DNA of 32,000 nt from positions 62,096 through 94,095 of the forward strand of contig NZ_JONR01000006.1 in the NCBI RefSeq assembly GCF_000711955.1. Reading direction: 5' to 3'. The notes under the pieces were generated by a model, which ran no database searches, was not told the origin of the DNA, and saw only the letters and a program-made list of their open reading frames with translations. Positions 10,569 through 18,072 of the stretch are shown piece by piece; the stretch's first letter is position 1; the number at the start of each line of letters is the position of its first letter. This DNA is from Nevskia soli DSM 19509 (GTDB lineage Bacteria > Pseudomonadota > Gammaproteobacteria > Nevskiales > Nevskiaceae). The translations under genes and the position numbers were made by a program.

Positions 10569-12059
10569 TCAGGCGGCGCCGCGAATCTCGTGCACGCCAG
10601 CCCCTCCCGGCGGCGGCAGCGGCAGCCAGAGGCTGAATGCGGCGCCGCCCGGCTGATTTCGCTCGGCCCAGATACGGCCGCCATGCGCTTCGACGATGCG
10701 ACGGCAGATCGACAATCCCTGGCCCAGGCCATCTTTCTTGGTGGTGAAGAACGGCGCGAACAACTGATCCGGCGGATTGCCGCCGAAACCCGGACCGTTG
10801 TCCCGCACGGTCACGCTCACGCCCACGGGCGCATCCGAGACGGCGCCTTCGATCTGCAATTCCGGGGCTGAAACCCGCGCTTCGACCATGGCCTGGACGG
10901 CATTGCGGACGAGATTGACCAGCACCTGCTCGATCTGGACGCGGTCCAGCAGCAACTGCGGCAGCGCGTCAGGCACCTTCGTCAATACGCGCACACTGTT
11001 GACTTTCAATTCATGCTGGAGCAGCTCCAGCACCTCGTGCACGCTGGCGCCGAGGTCGCTCGGCTGCTGCTCGATCTCGCCTTTCTCGACGTATTTGCGC
11101 AGGCGGCGGATCACTTCGGCGGCGCGTTCGCCCTGGCGCGCGATCTGCTGCATCGAATCGCGCAACAGCGCCATATCGGCGGTGCCGGCATCGATCATGC
11201 GCGAACAGGCGCCGGAGAAGCCGAGAATGGCGGTCAGCGGCTGGTTGATCTCATGCGCCAGGCCCGCCGCCAGATCGCCCATGGAATGCACTCGGGCCAT
11301 ATGCGCCAGTTCGTCCTGGCGGCGGCGCGCTTCCTGCTCGATCTGCTTGCGGTCGGTGATGTCGCGGATGATGCCGGTGAATACGCGCTGCCCCGACACC
11401 ACCACTTCGCCCACGGAGAGGTCCAGCGGGAATACGGTGCCGTCCTTGCGCAAACCCTCCACCTCCCGACCGAGGCCGATGATCTTCTTGCGCCGGGTGG
11501 TCAGGTAGTTGTGGAGATAACCGTCATGCTCGGCGCGGTAGGGCTGGGGCATCAGCATGGAGACGTTGCGCCCCAGCACTTCCACTGCGCGGTAGCCGAA
11601 AATGCGCTCGGCAGCGCGATTGAAAGACTGAACCCGCCCGGCGCCATCGATGGTGAGAATGCCGTCGACCGCGGTATCCAGAATCGCCTGATGCCGATCG
11701 AGCGCCTCGGACAACTCGGCCTGCATGCGATCGGCGACCCGCATGTCGGCGCCGGTCACCACCACGCCCTGGGTCTGGCCATCGGCATCGCGCAGGCCGG
11801 AGTACCCCCAGTGCACGGCGAACCGCTTGCCGTCCCTTGCCTGCCAGCTGCCGTGCTGATCCGGCACATCCTCGCCGGCCGCGGCGCGCAAGAAGCCCTC
11901 GCGCATGGTCTCGGCGTGTTCCGGCGCCGCCAGCCGCTGCCACACCGGCTGACCCCGGCACTCGGCCAAGGCCAAACCCGTCGCTGCTTCGCAATGGTGA
12001 TTCAGCTGACGAATATCGCCATTGGGAGCGCCGATGGCGACGAGTATTCTTCCGGGCAT
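10569..12059 (-). CDS. PAS-domain sensor histidine kinase (FixL/NtrB-like HisKA + HATPase_c)
   Basis: The ORF is open to 12242. I place the start at the ATG at 12059 (MPGRILV..., SD GAGGAA upstream). It has two PAS-like segments (e.g. GILTIDGAGRVQSFNRAAERIFGY), the H-box LAAGLAHEINQPLTAI, the N-box LVNLVRNAVQA and the G-boxes DNGPGF / GLGQGLSI. Confidence 0.9.
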   Translation of the reverse strand: MPGRILVAIGAPNGDIRQLNHHCEAATGLALAECRGQPVWQRLAAPEHAETMREGFLRAAAGEDVPDQHGSWQARDGKRFAVHWGYSGLRDADGQTQGVVVTGADMRVADRMQAELSEALDRHQAILDTAVDGILTIDGAGRVQSFNRAAERIFGYRAVEVLGRNVSMLMPQPYRAEHDGYLHNYLTTRRKKIIGLGREVEGLRKDGTVFPLDLSVGEVVVSGQRVFTGIIRDITDRKQIEQEARRRQDELAHMARVHSMGDLAAGLAHEINQPLTAILGFSGACSRMIDAGTADMALLRDSMQQIARQGERAAEVIRRLRKYVEKGEIEQQPSDLGASVHEVLELLQHELKVNSVRVLTKVPDALPQLLLDRVQIEQVLVNLVRNAVQAMVEARVSAPELQIEGAVSDAPVGVSVTVRDNGPGFGGNPPDQLFAPFFTTKKDGLGQGLSICRRIVEAHGGRIWAERNQPGGAAFSLWLPLPPPGGAGVHEIRGAA

Positions 12060-12302
12060 TGGTCTATTCCTCGAACCATCAATTGGTTTACACAACCGGA
12101 GGTTCGTCACCCTTTCTTTATTGATTGAAGCGTTTCGCGGTCGCCTGTAAAAGCGCCTTAATGATGTGCCGAAAACGGCCCCACAGGCAAGAAAAATTTG
12201 CCGGTACGGTACCGTACATTGCCGCAGAAATTGTGCTTGCAATCACGCCCGCATCCGGGCAGGCGGCTACCGACAGGCTTTTTGTGCAGTGGCAGCCTGC
12301 CG

Positions 12303-14228
12303 TCACGGTGCAGCGGGCTTCACCACGCCGAGACAGCTCTTCATGGTTTCCTCGTAGGAGTGCACGGTCAGGTCGATGCCCTTCAGGGCCTGGTCGAGCA
12401 CTTCGCAGTCTTCATACGGGCTTTGCAGGATGAGGGCCACGATTTTCGCGCCGGGCATGTGGAGGCGGATAGCGGCGGCCAGGGACTCGATACGCGCCTG
12501 TTCCCGGCACGGCTGGAGGCTGACCAGGCAGACCGCCGCCACGCTCTCCGGGTTGACGCCGTGCAGCGCCGGATTGCCCAGGTCTTCCACCAGCAGGTGC
12601 TGGCCGACGAGGCCATCGCCCAGCACCCGCACCAGGATTTCCGCGGCCAGCTCGTTGAAGGTGGAGTCCACCCCCACGCACAGCACCAGCGAGCCGGCGG
12701 GCACTTCGACGGAGCCGCGCTGCCCGCTCAGCAGCTCGCGCCGGTCGCGCAGCTGCCGGCCGAGATTGACGTCCGCAAGCAGGGAAATGCGCTGCCGCTT
12801 CCTCCACCACTTGCGCGGGCCGCTGAGCGCTTCGATGACTTCGGCCACCGCGCCGCGGAAGCGGACCTGCTCCGCCCTGGTGATGGAGCCCGAGGTGAAG
12901 TCCAGGCGCGCCAGGTGCATGGCCGGCATCAGCACCGAATCGCAGTAGGCGGCGAAGGACTTGCTCTTGAGGATGGTGCGGGCGCGCTGGATGACGGAGC
13001 CGGCGTCGCCGGAGAGCGCGCGCTGGTAGAAATTCTGCGGCAGGGTCAGCGCCGGCACTTCGCCGAAGAGGATCTCCAGCGCGTTGAGCGCCCTGACGTA
13101 GCGCCCGGCCACCACCAGGCACAGGGTCAGCGGCGTGGACACCACCAGCCCCACCGGCCCCCAGATCCAGCCCCAGAAGATCGCCGCGATCACCACGGAC
13201 AGGGGCGACAGGCCAGTGGTGTGGCCATACAGGAAGGGCTCGACCAGCTGCGAGACCACCGTCTCCACCACCACGAACAGGCCCAGCGTCATGAGGGCCA
13301 GGGACCAGCCGGACTCGACCGCCGCGGCGAACAGCGTGGCGCAGCCCGCCGCGATCCACACGCCCACATACGGCACGAAGCGCAGCAGCGCCGCCATCGT
13401 CGCCCACAGCAGGGCCTGGGAATGGCCGAGCAGCGCCAGGCCCGCCCAGATGACCACGCCGACGGAGAAATTCACCGCGAACTGGTTGGCGAAGAAGTGC
13501 GCCAGGCGCTCGCCGGCATCATTGACGGCGATGGTGGTGGCGCGCAGATCGCCGCCGCCGGCCAGGCGGATGAAGCGGTCCCGCAAGGCCTCCTGCTCCA
13601 GCAGGACGAAGATCAGCACCACGATGACGATGCCCGCGGACGAGAGCGGCCCCCAGACAGAGCCGAGAATCCGGCTCAGCATCTTCAGCGGCCCCAGCGG
13701 CGGCTGGTGCAATTCCACCTGGAGCGGACGCGCCGCCGGTGCGGGCGCGGACAGCGCGCCGGAGGCGGTACCGGGCTTGGCATTCGGAGCGCTCACGCCC
13801 TCCTCCGACACGCGGTCGATCACGCGCTGTACCGGGTCGATCACCACGCCGAGCTTGCCCAGCGTCATCTGGTCCAGGGCGGCCAGCTTGCCGCGCATGG
13901 TCTCCTCGTACTGCGGCATGCTGGCCCCCATGCGCAGCATCTGCGAGCCGATGACCGTGGCGATGGCCGACAGCACCAGAACCAGGACCAGCACCACCGT
14001 CCAGACCGACGCGGTCTGGCCCAGGCCGACCCGCCGCAGCGCGTGAATCATGGGAGCGACCAACAGGCTCAGCATCACCGCCAGGGTGATCGGAATCAGC
14101 ACCTCGCGCCCGAAGTAGAGCAGCGCCAGCACCGCGCCCGTCCCGAGGATGCCGATCACCCGGCTCTGGACCGTCTGGGCTTGCGCATGGCCAGGGATCG
14201 GGAACTGGGGGCTGGGCTTTGCAGCCAT
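12303..14228 (-). CDS. AI-2E (PerM/YhhT) family permease with a ~270-aa cytoplasmic C-terminal extension
   Basis: 641 aa. ATG is preceded by GGAG. The N-terminal ~370 aa are multi-span with AI-2E-like segments (FGREVLIPITLAVMLSLLVAP, FVPYVGVWIAA, GHTTGLSPLSVVIAAIFWGWIWGPVGLVVSTPLT). The soluble C-terminal half has no motif I can name. Confidence 0.8.
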   Translation of the reverse strand: MAAKPSPQFPIPGHAQAQTVQSRVIGILGTGAVLALLYFGREVLIPITLAVMLSLLVAPMIHALRRVGLGQTASVWTVVLVLVLVLSAIATVIGSQMLRMGASMPQYEETMRGKLAALDQMTLGKLGVVIDPVQRVIDRVSEEGVSAPNAKPGTASGALSAPAPAARPLQVELHQPPLGPLKMLSRILGSVWGPLSSAGIVIVVLIFVLLEQEALRDRFIRLAGGGDLRATTIAVNDAGERLAHFFANQFAVNFSVGVVIWAGLALLGHSQALLWATMAALLRFVPYVGVWIAAGCATLFAAAVESGWSLALMTLGLFVVVETVVSQLVEPFLYGHTTGLSPLSVVIAAIFWGWIWGPVGLVVSTPLTLCLVVAGRYVRALNALEILFGEVPALTLPQNFYQRALSGDAGSVIQRARTILKSKSFAAYCDSVLMPAMHLARLDFTSGSITRAEQVRFRGAVAEVIEALSGPRKWWRKRQRISLLADVNLGRQLRDRRELLSGQRGSVEVPAGSLVLCVGVDSTFNELAAEILVRVLGDGLVGQHLLVEDLGNPALHGVNPESVAAVCLVSLQPCREQARIESLAAAIRLHMPGAKIVALILQSPYEDCEVLDQALKGIDLTVHSYEETMKSCLGVVKPAAP

Positions 14229-14538
14229 TGGGGACTCCGTACACCGTGCGGGATGATCAGCTTAGGTGAATCGCGGCTGGCCGGGTATGAGGTCCGGAAC
14301 CAACTACTTCAGGCAAACTGGAGATCTGGGATCGTCAAGCAATACTAAAAAGCTCGAGAATCCGCGTCGAAAGCTCTTGAACACCCACTAGTGGCAGGCC
14401 GAGCACGGCCAAGGACATAACGCCACCGAGAACCAAGTCAAAGCATACAGATTCTCGACACCCCTAGCGGTGTTGCTTCCGAAAAAGCTCTAGTCGACAA
14501 GCCAAAGCAGGTGCATATGAAATTAGTCCGGCTCACGT

Positions 14539-15195
14539 TCAAAACAGGCTTCGAGTCCGCGGGGCGATTTCGTAGAGCTCTATCATTTGGCGAAGAAACT
14601 GCGCTTGCCCGCCGTAACTGGGATGTCGCACGCATACCACGGGTACGGAGTCAGTAATGCGCTTCGCCGCGTTTGCAGCATCATTGCCGATCGCGAGGAT
14701 TCGGCGCGGCCGAAGCAATCCAACGAGCATCGCCAGAATCGCTTCACCCGCCGCTCGCTCCAGCGAGTTGTGCTGGCGATTGGTGAAAGGTTCACCGACT
14801 TCATGTGGGTGCAGCGGAAACACATTCCATAGAAACACCCGCGCGTCTACTTGGTCGAGAATGCTCCAAATGACGGCTGCTGTACGCTCAGCAACAACCA
14901 CCCCCAGGGTCGGTCGTTCTACTTCCAAATTCCAACGTTTGGCGTGGCGTCCCATGTGCACATCGTCCGTCAGGGCCATTCCGGTACGGCGGCCACCACG
15001 ATACCCAAGATCGCGCCCAACCCAAATAGCATCAATAGGAACCTCGGCAGCGCGTCGCACCATAGCCGACAGCACCTTGGCACGACGGATCGGCGCGTCA
15101 ATTCGGTCGTGTATAGGGCACCTGTCCGTGTAGGGATTGAAAGCATTGGAAAAGCGCAGGCCAGATACATCCACGACAAAAGGATGGAGCTTCAC
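14539..15195 (-). CDS. Uracil-DNA-glycosylase-superfamily protein (divergent UDG fold, unknown specificity)
   Basis: 218 aa. The GTG start forms GTGA with the stop of the upstream gene. UDG-like motif A position is WVGRDLGYRGGRRTGMALTD (other families have GxxPG...TG.PF). The mid motif is LWNVFPLHPH and motif B is VCVRHPSYGG. Confidence 0.7.
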   Translation of the reverse strand: MKLHPFVVDVSGLRFSNAFNPYTDRCPIHDRIDAPIRRAKVLSAMVRRAAEVPIDAIWVGRDLGYRGGRRTGMALTDDVHMGRHAKRWNLEVERPTLGVVVAERTAAVIWSILDQVDARVFLWNVFPLHPHEVGEPFTNRQHNSLERAAGEAILAMLVGLLRPRRILAIGNDAANAAKRITDSVPVVCVRHPSYGGQAQFLRQMIELYEIAPRTRSLF

Positions 15196-16349
15196 AACTT
15201 GGCCTCCAGCGGCCGGTACTCAATAGTGCGTCGTACTCGGCTGCCGACCACCCAACCGCCCTCGCCGTCCCGAATCTGACGAAAGACGCGGTAGCCATCG
15301 AGGATGGCGCGCTCCCACAGTCGAAGCGGGCACTTCTCGACCTCGTAGCCGTCTACGAATTCACGAACGGTTTTTAGTATACCCAGCGAAACACGGGTCT
15401 GCCCCTCAAAATAGTCTAATTCTTTTGCACGAGAGAAAAGCCAAGCAGTGAGTCCTTCTTCAACAACTATCGCACGCCCACTATCTTCCTCCTCATCGAG
15501 CCTGGGCTGACTCTTGCGCTTGTGTTTAATAAGCGCCCGCATAACGGGAGACCAATGCAAGATTGCGGCATACGCAAAATGAAATACATCATGAAAACGG
15601 TATCCGTCCCGATCCCCGATGTTGTCAGTCAATGGATCGCCAACAAATACTCCACGCCATCGGAGATAGCTTTTCCCGCTTGGCCGCTGATTAATGCGAA
15701 TCTTAAAAAACCGCGGTAGCTGCTCTTCCGACCCAAGCCCCGCGTCGAAGTCCACTAGACTTGCTGGAGCAGGATCAAGAAACGCTCCTCGTACCTTGCT
15801 CACATTTGTGTGGGCCACCTCGGCGAACGACAGACCTGACACATGTAGAGCATTCAGATAATAAAAGGCGAAAGCTTCGACAGCCTTCACTTCTGGGCGG
15901 TCACCGAGCAGAGCTGCAGCACCCCTACCTAGATCAAATAGCGCAGAATCAAGGGAAATGTCTTTTCGCGGTACAGCAATTTGGGCAATCGCACCCGACA
16001 GATCACTTGCCGCAATGAGATGTTGATAACCACCTTGCTCGGCCGCTCGGACAAATAGATCGTCAAGGCGCAGATCCATACGCCTTGACAGCGCAGCGAG
16101 GTACCAAAGCGTATCTCCAAACTCCTCGACCGCCGACAATTTGGCACGAGGATAAGCGTTTCCTTCCCGAACGTGCTTCTTGGCGGTTGACATAATGCCC
16201 CCCACTTCGCCAAAGAGCCCCTGCAGGATTGGCTTGAAGTCTGCAGGATCAATGATGTCCGTCGGCGCGACAGCGCCTGCATATTCAGAGAGCAAAAGGG
16301 ATTTAGAGATGTCTGGGATTAGACTTTGCACGGAGGGATATCCATTCAA
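15192..16349 (-). CDS. MazG-like nucleoside-triphosphate pyrophosphohydrolase domain (N-terminal ~110 aa) fused to a ~270-aa C-terminal domain of unknown function
   Basis: LQGLFGEVGGIMSTAKKHVREG...AVEEFGDTLWYLAALSRRMDLRLDDL fits the all-alpha MazG/YpjD-type pattern (GExGE..KK..R ... EE.GD.LWYL..LA..lgidl). There is no in-frame ATG before the MazG helices. Candidate starts are TTG 16349, GTG 16331 and TTG 16295, so the 5' end is uncertain. The C-terminal part contains YRFHDVFHFAY. Confidence 0.65.
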   Translation of the reverse strand: MNGYPSVQSLIPDISKSLLLSEYAGAVAPTDIIDPADFKPILQGLFGEVGGIMSTAKKHVREGNAYPRAKLSAVEEFGDTLWYLAALSRRMDLRLDDLFVRAAEQGGYQHLIAASDLSGAIAQIAVPRKDISLDSALFDLGRGAAALLGDRPEVKAVEAFAFYYLNALHVSGLSFAEVAHTNVSKVRGAFLDPAPASLVDFDAGLGSEEQLPRFFKIRINQRPSGKSYLRWRGVFVGDPLTDNIGDRDGYRFHDVFHFAYAAILHWSPVMRALIKHKRKSQPRLDEEEDSGRAIVVEEGLTAWLFSRAKELDYFEGQTRVSLGILKTVREFVDGYEVEKCPLRLWERAILDGYRVFRQIRDGEGGWVVGSRVRRTIEYRPLEAKL

Positions 16350-16950
16350 ACGGTGAACCCTGAAATCCGCGGATCCTTAACGATCTAATCCATTCTATGA
16401 ACCGATCACGGCTTCGGGCGTCATCGATGCATGAATAACCTATTCCAGAATGAATGATAGTTCGCCCGTCGGGCCGAGTTAGTGTGTCGGGAATTAGCGG
16501 CCCTTCACCGCCAAAATAAACAAAGTCATCGCCAATCAGAACTCGATTCACTCCAGTATCAATCCGCACGTGCTCAGCGTGTATAGAGCCGTCATTATTT
16601 GTGTGAAAAGAGTCTCGTTGCCCCCAATCATTTTCCGCAGCATCCCAGTAGTAAATGTTGTCCCCACAACTCTGCTTTCGGCTACCGCGACGGTATGGCT
16701 TTTTATCCTCAAAATTCGGGTTCGCGTCATACTCTTGGAAACTTAAAATACTCGCGACTCGCATCGCGTAAACCAAATACCCAGCCCTTCGAACTGTTCG
16801 GTCGCCACTGCCAGTCCCCACAATCCAATCACCTATCTCCGCCCCCTTACGGATCGGCGGCTTACATGTGGCGAGCGTGCAGAATCCGTAGAAGGGATTT
16901 GGAGCAAACCCACTGTCGTACCGAACAACGTAGGAGTAGAGTCGCGACAT
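16303..16950 (-). CDS. Nmad2-like protein (nucleotide-modification-associated domain 2; assigned from memory of the family N-terminal signature)
   Basis: I place the start at the ATG at 16950 (MSRLYSYVVRYDSGFAPNPFYGFCTLATCKPPIRKGAEIGDWIVGTGS). It overlaps the TGA of the upstream TIR gene by 1 nt (TGATG). As I recall, the YSYVV.YD.GFAPNPF.G.CTLA.CKP.IR signature is characteristic of proteins annotated as Nmad2. No HMM search was run. Confidence 0.5.
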   Translation of the reverse strand: MSRLYSYVVRYDSGFAPNPFYGFCTLATCKPPIRKGAEIGDWIVGTGSGDRTVRRAGYLVYAMRVASILSFQEYDANPNFEDKKPYRRGSRKQSCGDNIYYWDAAENDWGQRDSFHTNNDGSIHAEHVRIDTGVNRVLIGDDFVYFGGEGPLIPDTLTRPDGRTIIHSGIGYSCIDDARSRDRFIEWIRSLRIRGFQGSPFEWISLRAKSNPRHL

Positions 16951-17417
16951 CAGCAAGGATGACGCCGAAGGGGTACTGGATCGAAAAGTGATCCATCGGC
17001 GTGTTCCCAACGGTCTTTGCCGTCGATAGCATTTACGATGGCGTTTCCATTCCAGCTAACTATGGAATCGGCATGATCCTTCAGAGCGTCGGGCAACTCA
17101 CAACCCTGATTCCCGTACGACCAAATCCCAATAATGTGCTTGCCTTGCTTGGCAGCATATTCAACTTCCCAATTCACCCACTCACTATCCCGCGTCTGAG
17201 GTGATATTACGCATATGAACGTCCCTGCCCAATCGATAAGAGGACTCAATATCCCGTACTTGATGTAGTCAGGGTCCTTCGCTTCGTTGAACTTTCCTTT
17301 ATGGATCGAGGAGTCACGGATAGTCACTCCTTTAGTCGCCAGCAGGTCTTTAAGTTTCCCCAAGCTGGTATCATCTTCATGAATGTGACTGATAAAGACA
17401 TTTCTGATGTCTGCCAT
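16950..17417 (-). CDS. TIR-like domain protein (DUF1863/ThsB-type)
   Basis: The ORF is open to 17741, but the ATG at 17417 is preceded by a strong SD (GGGGAGGGA). It gives a 155-aa protein, MADIRNVFISHIHEDD...ICVISPQTRDSEWVNWEVEYAAKQGKHIIGIW. This shows the hallmark FISH..eD start and S.WV.WE motif of bacterial TIR-like domains. Confidence 0.8.
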   Translation of the reverse strand: MADIRNVFISHIHEDDTSLGKLKDLLATKGVTIRDSSIHKGKFNEAKDPDYIKYGILSPLIDWAGTFICVISPQTRDSEWVNWEVEYAAKQGKHIIGIWSYGNQGCELPDALKDHADSIVSWNGNAIVNAIDGKDRWEHADGSLFDPVPLRRHPC

Positions 17418-17512
17418 TTCATTCCCTCCCCGACTAAAGATCTCAGAAAAACGAACAACTTCGCGGACTGAGTGTTTGGGCTTTGCTTTCAGACCCGATG
17501 TACTGGCGCAGA

Positions 17513-18061
17513 TCAACCCGTAAGCCAATCTCGCAGAGGCGTCCCAGTATTGCGCTTTGTATCTAACACCATCCATAAAGAGCCCTGGCGGCCCCGTATT
17601 TCTCCCCATACAATTTTTCGATAGAGTCCTAAATACTCCCAAGACGCCCAATCTTCGGATTGACTGTCGACGGCAGGAAATAGCGCGATGCCTCGCGTGC
17701 CCTTGTATCCATCTGCAATCCCAAGCTCCCACGGAACCCAACGACTTTCCTTACTATTGGCACTCGCCAGCAGCACAAAACGTTTCGAATGCTGAATACG
17801 ACTTTTCAATAGCTCCGCCGTCTCTTCTGTCGTGTAGGGCGGCATAGATGGATCAACTTCATCGATGTAAACATTCGCTCCATGATTTCTCAGAACCTTT
17901 ATAGCTCCGACGACTAAATCGTCATCTTTACTGGAGTGCGAAAGGAAAGTTGATGTCGTAGTACTATCTAAAGTTAATGACTTTCGAATTTGCGCCTGCT
18001 CGATAATGGTCGACTGGGCCGCAATATTGCGCAATTCAGATTTTGTTACGTATTGAACCAC
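17513..18061 (-). CDS. thsB: TIR-domain protein, Thoeris ThsB
   Basis: 182 aa. The GTG start lies 11 nt after the thsA stop. It has TFLSHSSKDDDLV...RFVLLASANSKESRWVPWELGIADG (TIR beta-A FLSH..kD and S.WV.WELG motifs). It is immediately downstream of a SIR2-SLOG gene. Confidence 0.8.
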   Translation of the reverse strand: MVQYVTKSELRNIAAQSTIIEQAQIRKSLTLDSTTTSTFLSHSSKDDDLVVGAIKVLRNHGANVYIDEVDPSMPPYTTEETAELLKSRIQHSKRFVLLASANSKESRWVPWELGIADGYKGTRGIALFPAVDSQSEDWASWEYLGLYRKIVWGEIRGRQGSLWMVLDTKRNTGTPLRDWLTG

Positions 18062-18072
18062 TGTCTTGATCT

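Noticed and set aside
12198-14348. 716-aa plus-strand ORF opposite the AI-2E permease
   Set aside because: Antisense shadow ORF with a biased composition rich in H/Q/R/G/D. The minus-strand frame encodes a consistent membrane protein with an SD and ATG.
15522-16282. Plus-strand and alternative-frame small ORFs inside the island (15522-15719, 15761-16018, 15929-16282, 16599-16991, 17001-17204, 17557-17847, 18086-18593, 19280-19534)
   Set aside because: Each is fully embedded in, or antisense to, a longer ORF with recognisable domains. None has motifs or start-site context.
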